Part shown: piece after piece, positions 1-6,861 of the stretch
Layout: each line of letters starts with the position of its first letter
Position numbering within the stretch: position 1 is the stretch's first letter
Translations under genes and position numbers: made by a program
NCBI GenBank assembly: GCA_017517965.1
Contig: JAFWXR010000037.1
Coordinates: forward strand, 121,764-145,763
Reading direction: 5' to 3'
Source: Clostridia bacterium
GTDB taxonomy: Bacteria > Bacillota > Clostridia > Oscillospirales > Feifaniaceae
DNA: 24,000 bases
The notes under the pieces: model-generated
The model's database searches: none
Told to the model about the DNA's origin: nothing
The model's input: only the letters and a program-made list of their open reading frames with translations

Positions 1-480
1 GATGAAGGTGTACTTGACCCGAAACAGCAGGAACTTGTAAACACTGCAATGGAATTCCGTGAAAAAGTCGCTCACGAAATAATGATTCCTATGGACGAGG
101 TTGTGTCGATTCCGAGTACAATCTCAAAGCAGGAACTCGTAAATATCGCAACGACAAGTATCTATTCACGCCTTCCCGTGTACGAAGGCAATAAGAATAA
201 TATAGTGGGCATTTTGCCCGTAAATACGTTTCTCAGCAAGTACGTGTCGGGTAAACCCTGCCGTCTGAGAACGCTTCTGCTCAAGCCCTACGTCTTTGAC
301 AGCGAGATTGAAATCGTAGACCTTCTGCAGAGAATGAGGCTCAACAAATTACACATGGTTTTCGTCATTGACAAAAACCGTAAAAAAATAGGCATCATCA
401 CGATGGAAGACCTGCTTGAAGAGCTTGTGGGCGATATCCGTGATGAAAGCGATGCAGGCGAAGGCCTGGAGCTTGTGTAA
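1..480 (+). CDS. DUF21/CBS-pair family protein, C-terminal fragment (5' end outside window). It ends right after the CBS pair, with no CorC_HlyC domain.
   Basis: Frame 1 is open from base 1 (DEGVLDPKQQELVNTAMEFREKVAHEIMIPMDEVV...), so the 49..480 track ORF is only the part after an internal Met. EIMIPMDEV ... ITMEDLLEELVGDIRDE bracket a CBS pair, just as ILTPRIDVV ... VTMEDVLEQLVGEIWDE do in the full-length paralog at 495..1769. Confidence 0.75.
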   Translation, partial: DEGVLDPKQQELVNTAMEFREKVAHEIMIPMDEVVSIPSTISKQELVNIATTSIYSRLPVYEGNKNNIVGILPVNTFLSKYVSGKPCRLRTLLLKPYVFDSEIEIVDLLQRMRLNKLHMVFVIDKNRKKIGIITMEDLLEELVGDIRDESDAGEGLELV

Positions 481-494
481 GGGGGGCAGAGGAT

Positions 495-1769
495 ATGGCA
501 TATTTAGGTATAGCGTTGCTTCTTCTGTGCTCTGCATTCTGCTCGGGCTCGGAGATTGCTTATACTTCACTTAGTAAACTCAAATACAAAAAAGAACTGG
601 AAAACCCCACGTTTTCCGAAAAGATCGTACGTTTTATATATAATCACTACGACTATGCGCTTTCAACAATACTTATAGGAAACAACCTCGTTAACATTGC
701 GGCGACCTCTACGGCAACGGTTATTGCCGTCGGTATTGCAAAGGATTTAAGTGTGAGTTACGATGCGGCGTCGTCCATTGTCACGGTTATAATGACGGTG
801 CTTATCCTTATCATCGGTGAAATCACACCCAAGATGATAGCACGCCGTATAAACGAAGGTTTTGCCAAATTTGCGGCATATCCGATTCTCGTTATGATGG
901 TGGTGTTCTTTCCTGCCGTGCTTATCACGTCGTTCGTGGTAAAGCTTTTCAGCCTTATGTGGACGAGGAAGAACGAACAGGTCGTAACGATAACAGAAGA
1001 GGAATTTGAAAATATTCTCGATACGGCTGAGGATGACGGTGTCATCGACGAAGAGGAAACAGAACTTTTACAGTCGGCACTCGAATTTTCGGATATGGAG
1101 GCGGCTGAAATTCTCACGCCGAGAATAGACGTCGTCGGCTTTGAAATAGGCGACAGTATGGAGCATATTCTTGAAGTTATCGAGGAAACGCAGTTTTCAA
1201 GATACCCCGTCTACGAACGCACTATCGACCACGTGGTAGGTATACTTTACGTAAAGCATCTTCTTAAGGAGCTTGCGGAGGATAAGGAAATTTCACTTTC
1301 CGAAATTCTCTTAAAGCCCGTTATGATACCAAAAACCATGAAACTTCACGCCATAATGGACGAGTTCCGCAAACACCAGACTCATATGGCACTCGTTGCC
1401 GACGAGTACGGCGGTATAACGGGTATCGTTACTATGGAGGACGTGCTTGAACAGCTTGTCGGCGAAATCTGGGATGAGAATGACGATATAGTCAACGAAT
1501 GGCAGAAACTGACCGATGAACGTTTTGAATGTTCGGGCGATATGAACCTCACCGATTTTATGGACAACCTTGACATTGATGAGGACGAGCTTCAGACCGA
1601 TTATGCAACGGTCGGCGGCTGGGCGACACAGAATATCGGTGCCATGCCCGTACCGTTTGATGCGTTTGATTTCAAGAATTACACGCTCATCGTAAAAGAG
1701 GTTGACGAGCATCATCATATTATGCGTCTTGTCATTTTAAAACACGATTTTGAAGAAGTTGAAGAATAA
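495..1769 (+). CDS. Hemolysin-family / CNNM-type protein (DUF21 membrane domain + CBS pair + CorC_HlyC C-terminal domain)
   Basis: 424-aa ORF with a G-rich SD (gggggg, 481-486) 8 nt upstream. It has N-terminal hydrophobic helices, a CBS pair and the conserved GIVTMEDVLEQLVGEIWDE junction. A ~80-aa C-terminal transporter-associated domain follows, and a strong terminator comes immediately after the stop. Confidence 0.9.
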   Translation: MAYLGIALLLLCSAFCSGSEIAYTSLSKLKYKKELENPTFSEKIVRFIYNHYDYALSTILIGNNLVNIAATSTATVIAVGIAKDLSVSYDAASSIVTVIMTVLILIIGEITPKMIARRINEGFAKFAAYPILVMMVVFFPAVLITSFVVKLFSLMWTRKNEQVVTITEEEFENILDTAEDDGVIDEEETELLQSALEFSDMEAAEILTPRIDVVGFEIGDSMEHILEVIEETQFSRYPVYERTIDHVVGILYVKHLLKELAEDKEISLSEILLKPVMIPKTMKLHAIMDEFRKHQTHMALVADEYGGITGIVTMEDVLEQLVGEIWDENDDIVNEWQKLTDERFECSGDMNLTDFMDNLDIDEDELQTDYATVGGWATQNIGAMPVPFDAFDFKNYTLIVKEVDEHHHIMRLVILKHDFEEVEE

Positions 1770-1773
1770 AAAA

Positions 1774-1799
1774 GGAGGGCTTGTGAGCCCTCCTTTTTT
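1774..1799 (+). terminator. Intrinsic terminator of the 495..1769 gene
   Basis: Stem ggagggct (1774-1781) / agccctcc (1786-1793), loop tgtg, T tract 1794-1799. An A tract upstream makes it potentially bidirectional. Confidence 0.8.
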
Positions 1800-1809
1800 A
1801 ATTCGGAAT
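1800..1809 (-). repeat. Heptad-repeat remnant (aattcgg aat, 1.4 units of the ATTMCGM family) between two back-to-back terminators
   Basis: Same 7-mer as the long arrays at 3855, 10227, 10823 and 12881, in the same position directly after a terminator T tract. A single short copy could be chance. Confidence 0.4.
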
Positions 1810-1811
1810 AA

Positions 1812-1841
1812 ATAACGGGCAATTCACAAATTGCCCGTTAT
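1812..1841 (-). terminator. Terminator hairpin downstream of the minus-strand PPIase gene
   Basis: Perfect 13-bp stem ataacgggcaatt (1812-1824) / aattgcccgttat (1829-1841), loop caca. It lies 3 nt past the stop codon at 1845-1847 and has T-rich flanks on both strands. Confidence 0.7.
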
Positions 1842-1844
1842 CTT

Positions 1845-2888
1845 TTATTTTATAAGGCTTGAAACGATTTTAACAAGTGCATCGTCGTTGACGTCAACCT
1901 TATCGTCGGCAATCTTTTCCGAAAGGTCGCCCGAAACGAGAGTTGCCCTTGCATTTTCAAGGTAGGTCTCAACCGTGCCAAACTGGTCTTTGATGTCTTC
2001 CTCACGGGTGGGAAGGCGCATTAAAATGTGGTGGCCGTATTCTTCGCTGTCAACGAAGGCATATTCGCCGACTTCTACCGAGAAAGCACCGTCTACGAAT
2101 GCCTGGACGAACTGACCGTTGTCGGTAACAACGTAACCGTCGGGTGACTGTTCCATACCGGGATCTTCGTTGTATTCCTTCATAATTGCGGTAAAGCCTG
2201 CCTCGTCATTTACTGCAAGTGCCTTTACCTTTGCCTCTACGTCTGCATATTTTGCTTCTGCTGTTGCAAGCGCATCACCTTCAAGTGCCTGATAGGTTTC
2301 CGTGTCAACCGTTGCAACGAGAATGTGCTTTATACGCGCGTAATCGTTGTGGAATTTTGCAATGATTTCATCGTCTGTAAGTGCTTTCGTGCCGTGTGCA
2401 CCGTATAAATAGTTTGTAATAGCGGTGTATTTTGTGTTGAATTCCATAAGGTCTTCAACTGCGGAGAATTCAATGCCCCTGTCTTTAAGGTCGCTCTTTG
2501 CGGCGTCTTCACCGCCGAAGCTTTCAAAATAATCCTGCATAATGGTGTCGTATTCCGCCTGCATATCCTCGTTCCACTTAAGACCGAGCTCGTCAAAATA
2601 CTCGTTTGCAGCGAGTGCCTGCTGTATTACTGAAACGGAATATGAAACCACGTACTGATATACCGTCATCTGTTCGGTAAGCTGCTGGTCGGCAACTTCG
2701 TCAAAGGATACGCCGTAGGTTGCTTCCACGTTCTGTATCATATCCGAAAGTGCGAGTTTAAAAAGCTCAGTCGGTATTTCGTTGCCGTTTATCGTGCCGA
2801 GTGAGCCGTCTTTTTTACAACCTGCAAAGCAGGTAAGCATAAGTACCGCTGCAAGAAGCAGAGATACAATTTTTATCGTCTTTTTCAT
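1845..2888 (-). CDS. PrsA-like lipoprotein peptidyl-prolyl isomerase (parvulin type)
   Basis: Signal peptide with lipobox (LLAAVLMLTCFAGC). C-terminal parvulin-like rotamase region (ARIKHILV ... MKEYNEDPGM ... GQFVQAFVDGAFSVEVGEYAFVDSEEYGHHILMR). SD ggagg upstream on the minus strand (2897-2901). Confidence 0.85.
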   Translation of the reverse strand: MKKTIKIVSLLLAAVLMLTCFAGCKKDGSLGTINGNEIPTELFKLALSDMIQNVEATYGVSFDEVADQQLTEQMTVYQYVVSYSVSVIQQALAANEYFDELGLKWNEDMQAEYDTIMQDYFESFGGEDAAKSDLKDRGIEFSAVEDLMEFNTKYTAITNYLYGAHGTKALTDDEIIAKFHNDYARIKHILVATVDTETYQALEGDALATAEAKYADVEAKVKALAVNDEAGFTAIMKEYNEDPGMEQSPDGYVVTDNGQFVQAFVDGAFSVEVGEYAFVDSEEYGHHILMRLPTREEDIKDQFGTVETYLENARATLVSGDLSEKIADDKVDVNDDALVKIVSSLIK

Positions 2889-3068
2889 TTCAAGACCTCC
2901 AAAATTTTTTCATAATTGTATTATATAAAAAATTGCCATAAATGACAATGACTAATTTGTTAATATGTGAACATAATATTACTGTCGGAGGAGATATCGC
3001 CGTTAGTCAAGCGGAAGCGCTGTCGGATGATATGTTTTCCGATAAATGCAGTTGCGAGGATAAAGTCT

Positions 3069-3218
3069 ATGAAAGCTTGTATGGGCGGTATGCTCGTAGG
3101 TCTGGCAGTCGGTGTGACGGTTGCTTCTGTATATCCGATGCCGATGAAAAGATGTACGGTACGAAAAATCAAAAGACAGGTCGGTCGTGCGATTCGCAGT
3201 GTAGAAGACATGATGTGA
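3069..3218 (+). CDS. Small hypothetical membrane peptide (49 aa: one TM helix and a basic C-terminus)
   Basis: ATG at 3069 is preceded by GAGGA (3056-3060). Product: MKACMGGMLVGLAVGVTVASVYPMPMKRCTVRKIKRQVGRAIRSVEDMM. The stop lies 7 nt before the A tract of a strong terminator. The longer GTG-2967 version in the track has no SD. No family recognised. Confidence 0.45.
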   Translation: MKACMGGMLVGLAVGVTVASVYPMPMKRCTVRKIKRQVGRAIRSVEDMM

Positions 3219-3224
3219 CCAAGC

Positions 3225-3252
3225 AAAAAAGCACCCAATCGGGTGCTTTTTT
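3225..3252. terminator. Bidirectional intrinsic terminator
   Basis: A tract 3225-3230, stem gcaccc (3231-3236) / gggtgc (3241-3246), loop aatc, T tract 3247-3252. Confidence 0.8.
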
Positions 3253-3255
3253 GTT

Positions 3256-3273
3256 AATGCGGAATTCGGAATT
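3256..3273 (-). repeat. Heptad array, 2.4 units (aatgcgg aattcgg aatt on +, which reads ATTCCGA ATTCCGC ATT on minus). Left arm of cassette 1.
   Basis: Tandem 7-nt periodicity read directly. It starts 3 nt after the terminator T tract. Confidence 0.8.
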
Positions 3274-3280
3274 AAGGAAA

Positions 3281-3301
3281 GAAACTTCGTGCCGAAGTTT
3301 C
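3281..3301. repeat. Hairpin module gaaacttcg-tgc-cgaagtttc associated with the heptad arrays
   Basis: 9-bp stem. Near-identical stem arms (gaaacttcc / ggaagtttc) recur at 12855-12874. In both places the hairpin sits 6-7 nt from the inner end of a heptad array. Confidence 0.6.
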
Positions 3302-3340
3302 GATTAAATTGTAGGGGAGGACCTATATTTCCTCCCGTTT

Positions 3341-3562
3341 TCATTTCTTTGATTTTGGATAGGGTTCTTTACAATCCGTTCTGCCTGCAAGATAATCCAT
3401 ACTCGTATTAAGAGCATCTGCAACCTTGATACATTGCTCAAAACTTAAATATCTTTTTCCGTTTTCGATTTTTGAATAGTCGCTCTGGTCTATCCCTGTG
3501 AGCATTTGCATTTTTACCTGTGTATATCCGCGTTCTTTTCGCAGTTCTTTAAGCCTGTTCAT
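3341..3562 (-). CDS. XRE-family helix-turn-helix transcriptional regulator (73 aa)
   Basis: MNRLKELRKERGYTQVKMQMLTGIDQSDYSKIENGKRYLSFEQCIKVADALNTSMDYLAGRTD is a typical HTH_3 domain. The start at Met15 of the track ORF (ATG 3562-3560) has SD aggtga 4 nt upstream. The longer 3604 start would overlap the divergent promoter and adds a non-homologous extension. A GGGAGG/CCTCCC hairpin (3315-3336) follows the stop. Confidence 0.85.
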   Translation of the reverse strand: MNRLKELRKERGYTQVKMQMLTGIDQSDYSKIENGKRYLSFEQCIKVADALNTSMDYLAGRTDCKEPYPKSKK

Positions 3563-3597
3563 AACATCACCTGATATTATTATGGCAAATTGACCTA

Positions 3598-3626
3598 TTG
3601 ACATTAGGGTGAAACTGACCTATAAT
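3598..3626 (+). promoter_or_regulatory. Consensus sigma-A type promoter for the 50-aa gene (TTGACA-17-TATAAT)
   Basis: TTGACA 3598-3603, 17-nt spacer, TATAAT 3621-3626, about 20 nt upstream of the SD gaggtga and the ATG at 3647. It overlaps two direct copies of AAAYTGACCTAT (3587-3598 and 3612-3623). Confidence 0.65.
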
Positions 3627-3646
3627 TTGGTGGAAGAGGTGATATT

Positions 3647-3799
3647 ATGGCAGATTATAAACAGATGTATTTAACACTGCTTGATGCGACCGAAAAAGCA
3701 ATAAATCAACTTATTTCGGCACAGCGTGCCTGCGAAGAGATTTATATTCTTTCTGCCAAGGAAGAAGAAGAAAATAAAAAACCGATTTCTGTTATTTAA
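3647..3799 (+). CDS. Small hypothetical protein (50 aa, predicted helical, acidic tail), divergent partner of the XRE gene
   Basis: Below the 60-aa cut-off of the ORF track. ATG 3647 with SD gaggtga 4 nt upstream and a perfect promoter. Product: MADYKQMYLTLLDATEKAINQLISAQRACEEIYILSAKEEEENKKPISVI, stop TAA 3797-3799. No family assigned. Confidence 0.6.
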   Translation: MADYKQMYLTLLDATEKAINQLISAQRACEEIYILSAKEEEENKKPISVI

Positions 3800-3854
3800 C
3801 GGGACGCCGTCCCCTATGATAAGGTAATAGTGAAAAGTGAATAAGTTCGGTTGA

Positions 3855-3886
3855 AATTCCGAATTACGCATTCCGAATTCCGAATT
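3855..3886 (+). repeat. Heptad array, 4.4 units (attccga attacgc attccga attccga att). Right arm of cassette 1.
   Basis: Exact 7-nt register read directly. It ends 5 nt before the A tract of the rny terminator. Confidence 0.9.
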
Positions 3887-3891
3887 GAAAT

Positions 3892-3921
3892 AAAAAAGAG
3901 ACCAATTTGGTCTCTTTTTTT
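3892..3921. terminator. Bidirectional intrinsic terminator (serves rny on minus and the 50-aa gene on plus)
   Basis: A tract 3892-3897, stem gagacc (3898-3903) / ggtctc (3909-3914), loop aattt, T tract 3915-3921. The rny stop codon (3920-3922) lies in the tract. Confidence 0.8.
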
Positions 3922-5476
3922 ATTTCGCAACGTCCTGTGCGCGCTTTTCTCTTATTACGTTTACCTTTATCTGACCGGGGTATTCAAGTTCACCCTCAAT
4001 CTTCTGGGCGATTTCCCTTGCGAGAATTACTAATCTGTCGTCACTTATCTTTTCGGGGTTGACCATAATACGAACTTCACGGCCTGCCTGAATTGCAAAT
4101 GACTTTTCAACGCCGTCAAAGCTCGTCGTAATTTCTTCAAGCTTTTCAAGACGCTTTATGTAGTTCTCAAGGTTTTCTCTTCTTGAACCGGGGCGTGCAG
4201 CGGAAACTGCATCTGCCGCCTGAACGAGAGCAGCAATCGTATACTTGGGAGCAACGTCACCGTGGTGGCTTTCGATAGAATTGACAACCACGTCATTTTC
4301 CTTATACTTCTTTGCAACGTCCGAACCGAGCTGAACGTGTGAACCTTCAATCTCATGGTCGAGCGCCTTGCCGAGATCGTGCAGGAGACCTGCCCTTCTT
4401 GCGAGATTTACGTCAAGACCGAGCTCGGATGCCATAACGCCTGCTATATGCGACACTTCAATAGAGTGGAGAAGAACGTTCTGACCGTAACTCGTCCTGT
4501 ATTTGAGTTTACCTAAAAGTTTGACAATTTCGGGGTGAAGATTTACGATGCCTGCTTCAAGAGCAGCCTTTTCACCCTCCTGCTTGATGATGTTGTTGAT
4601 GTCTTTTCTCGTCTTATCAACGATTTCTTCAATCTTTGCGGGATGAATACGACCGTCGTGAATAAGCCTTTCGAGTGACAGACGTGCAATTTCCCTGCGG
4701 ACAGGGTCAAAGCAGGAAACTGTGATAACTTCGGGAGTATCGTCGATTATAAGGTCAACGCCCGTAAGTGTTTCAAGTGCCTTTACGTTTCTGCCTTCAC
4801 GGCCGATTATACGGCCCTTCATCTCATCGCTGGGGATGGGGACTACCGATATGGTTGCTTCTGCAACGTATTCGGGTGCACAGCGCTGTATAGCCTGAGC
4901 AATGATTTCTCTTGCTTTTTCCGTGCTTTCGTCGTTGAATTTCTGCTCCGACTCCTTTATCTTGAGGGCACGCTCGTGATCGAGCTCCTGCTCAAGCTGG
5001 GAGAGAAGCATTTCCTTTGCCTGCTCCGTGGTGTAGCCCGAAATTCTTTCAAGCGCTTCCCACTGCTGCTTTTTGATGTTTGCAACATCCTCCATCTGTA
5101 CTTCTACTTCGTGGAGTTTTTCGGCAAGTTTTTCTTCCTTCTTTTCGATTGCATCGTACTTTTTGTCGATGCTCTCTTCCTTCTGATTCAGACGCCTTTC
5201 CTGGTTCTGAACTTCTTTTCTGCGCTCCTTGAGCTCGGCTTCCATTTCCGTTCTGCTGCGCAGGATTTCTTCCTTAGCTTCGAGTATTGACTCTTTTTTC
5301 TTGCTTTCAGCCGCCTTGATAGCGTCATTAACTATTCTTTTTGCCTCTGTTTCGGCAGAGCCGATCTTGCTTTCGGCAACCCTTTTTCTGTGGCTTATGC
5401 CGATGAAGAATGCAATTACAAAAACAAGTAAAAGAGCAACCACGCCGACAACTAACTGAACTGGTGTAAACGGCAT
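3920..5476 (-). CDS. rny: Ribonuclease Y
   Basis: N-terminal TM helix, long Glu/Lys-rich coiled coil, KH domain ([29 protein letters not shown]) and HD domain ([18 protein letters not shown] ... [10 protein letters not shown] ... ESHHGD). 518 aa, typical for rny. SD aaaggag upstream. Confidence 0.95.
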   Translation of the reverse strand: MPFTPVQLVVGVVALLLVFVIAFFIGISHRKRVAESKIGSAETEAKRIVNDAIKAAESKKKESILEAKEEILRSRTEMEAELKERRKEVQNQERRLNQKEESIDKKYDAIEKKEEKLAEKLHEVEVQMEDVANIKKQQWEALERISGYTTEQAKEMLLSQLEQELDHERALKIKESEQKFNDESTEKAREIIAQAIQRCAPEYVAEATISVVPIPSDEMKGRIIGREGRNVKALETLTGVDLIIDDTPEVITVSCFDPVRREIARLSLERLIHDGRIHPAKIEEIVDKTRKDINNIIKQEGEKAALEAGIVNLHPEIVKLLGKLKYRTSYGQNVLLHSIEVSHIAGVMASELGLDVNLARRAGLLHDLGKALDHEIEGSHVQLGSDVAKKYKENDVVVNSIESHHGDVAPKYTIAALVQAADAVSAARPGSRRENLENYIKRLEKLEEITTSFDGVEKSFAIQAGREVRIMVNPEKISDDRLVILAREIAQKIEGELEYPGQIKVNVIREKRAQDVAK

Positions 5477-5539
5477 TTTCCGGTTTCTCCTTTTCTGATA
5501 TTTAAGATTAAGCCTTTAAAGGCATATAATCTAACTTAT

Positions 5540-5569
5540 ATTATAAATTTTAATTGTACTTTTTGTCAA
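5540..5569 (-). promoter_or_regulatory. Candidate rny promoter (TTGACA-18-TATAAT on minus strand)
   Basis: Complement of tgtcaa at 5564-5569 and of attata at 5540-5545. A 12-nt palindrome gcctttaaaggc (5512-5523) lies in the resulting 5' UTR. Confidence 0.5.
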
Positions 5570-5606
5570 GAAAAGTTTAACATTATATTAAGAAAAATAT
5601 GCTACA

Positions 5607-5635
5607 TTTACAACGCCGATGTTTTATGTTATAAT
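5607..5635 (+). promoter_or_regulatory. Candidate rnf operon promoter (TTTACA-17-TATAAT)
   Basis: TTTACA 5607-5612, 17-nt spacer, TATAAT 5630-5635, 36 nt upstream of the preferred rnfC start. Confidence 0.6.
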
Positions 5636-5670
5636 AACGGGTGGCAAATTACGAAAAGTTGAGGTATAAA

Positions 5671-6858
5671 ATGCTTTTAACATTCAGAGGCGGCGTTGAC
5701 GCCGGCAATAAAAGTGAATTTTTAAGCGGCTCGGTAATAAATACGATTGGTGCAGGGGAAACGCTTGTGTTGCCCGTTCCGTTTGGCTGTACACCCGTGG
5801 TTGAAGCGGGGGAGAGGGTGCTTGCAGGGCAGGTTGTTGCCGTGTCCGACAATGAGTACGGCGCATCTCTGTCGAGTGCGGTGTCAGGTACTGTTGTAAA
5901 GGCAACCGCATCACGTATTACCATTGAAAATGATGGTGAAAATACGCTATGTGACAGGCTTGAGGCAGATGACCCGATAACGCTTCTCCGTGACGCAGGG
6001 GTGACTGACCGTTTCGGTTTTTCTGCTGCGCAGAAGGTGGCAAACGCACCGGCACTCTACATCATCAGTTGCGTTGAGGACCAGCCGTATATGGTAAACG
6101 TGCAGGCTCTTTTGTCCTGCAGGGCTGACGAGTTTATCGGCGGTATAAAACTGCTCGAAAAAATAAGTGAAAATGCGCACATTGTGATTTGTACGACGCC
6201 CGACCTTTCTGAGTATGCTTCAAAGATTTCCGAGGCGCTTATGGAGGATGAAAGGGTACAGTTTCTCACGGTCAGCGGAAAGTATCCGCAGAGCTGGCCC
6301 CATATTTTAAAGCGTACCGTTACGACTGAGGAGAGTTGCGAAGTTATAGGGACGGAGGAGCTTTGTAATATTTACAGGGTGTTTAAGACGAGAATGCCCG
6401 TGACAGAAAAAATAGTTACCTTAAGCGGTGACTGTATGAGACGTGCAGAGGTCTTTTCGGTGCCCTACGGTACCTGTGTGTCAACCCTCATTAAAGCGGG
6501 GACGAGCTTTAAACGTGAACCGCTGAAGGTTGTCAAGGGCAGTGTTATGAACGGGGACGCCATATACAATATGCGTTCGCCCATAGATCGCACCGTATCA
6601 AGCGTGCTGACGCTTTTTGACCATCAGCACCGCTACGCAGGCGAATCGCATTGTATAAGCTGCGGAAGGTGTGACAACGTCTGTCCCGAAGGATTAAGCC
6701 CCGGAAGTATAATCAAGGCGTATAAGTTAAATGATACGGCGACACTGAGCAGGCTTAGCGTAAGCTCGTGCACACTGTGCGGTTGTTGCTCGTTTATATG
6801 TCCCGCAAGGGTAAATCTGCCGCTTATTTTAAGAAGTGCGCAGCTTATGGGAGAATAA
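5671..6858 (+). CDS. rnfC: RnfC-like subunit of an Rnf-type electron transport complex (divergent nucleotide/flavin-binding region)
   Basis: Preferred start is ATG 5671 (SD gaggt 5 nt upstream, product MLLTFRGGV...) rather than GTG 5641. RnfC-like N-terminus (FRGGV, SSAVSGTV), a YPQ motif, an SLBB-like middle region and two C-terminal 4Fe-4S motifs (CISCGRCDNVCP, CTLCGCCSFICP). First gene of the C-D-G-E-A-B order. Confidence 0.8.
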   Translation: MLLTFRGGVDAGNKSEFLSGSVINTIGAGETLVLPVPFGCTPVVEAGERVLAGQVVAVSDNEYGASLSSAVSGTVVKATASRITIENDGENTLCDRLEADDPITLLRDAGVTDRFGFSAAQKVANAPALYIISCVEDQPYMVNVQALLSCRADEFIGGIKLLEKISENAHIVICTTPDLSEYASKISEALMEDERVQFLTVSGKYPQSWPHILKRTVTTEESCEVIGTEELCNIYRVFKTRMPVTEKIVTLSGDCMRRAEVFSVPYGTCVSTLIKAGTSFKREPLKVVKGSVMNGDAIYNMRSPIDRTVSSVLTLFDHQHRYAGESHCISCGRCDNVCPEGLSPGSIIKAYKLNDTATLSRLSVSSCTLCGCCSFICPARVNLPLILRSAQLMGE

Positions 6859-6861
6859 TTT

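Noticed and set aside
2942-3344. Overlapping ORFs of 121 aa (+), 92 aa (-) and 113 aa (-), and the 83-aa GTG-initiated version of the small peptide
   Set aside because: They are mutually overlapping and lack SD sequences. They read straight through a terminator hairpin, the heptad array and the GAAACTTC hairpin. Only the internal 49-aa frame has an SD and stops before the terminator.
5641-5670. N-terminal extensions given by the ORF track (rnfC GTG 5641, ECF-S-like 12249, maf 18192, XRE 3604)
   Set aside because: In each case an internal ATG is preceded by a well-spaced SD and yields the N-terminus typical of the family. The extension adds non-homologous residues or overlaps a promoter.
5477-5670. 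Possible small RNA or tRNA in the rny/rnfC divergent gap (and in the 14459-14750 gap)
   Set aside because: There is no cloverleaf-compatible acceptor or T-arm sequence (no GGTTCGAATCC-like box with matching stems). The gap is explained by two divergent promoters and the rny 5' UTR palindrome.
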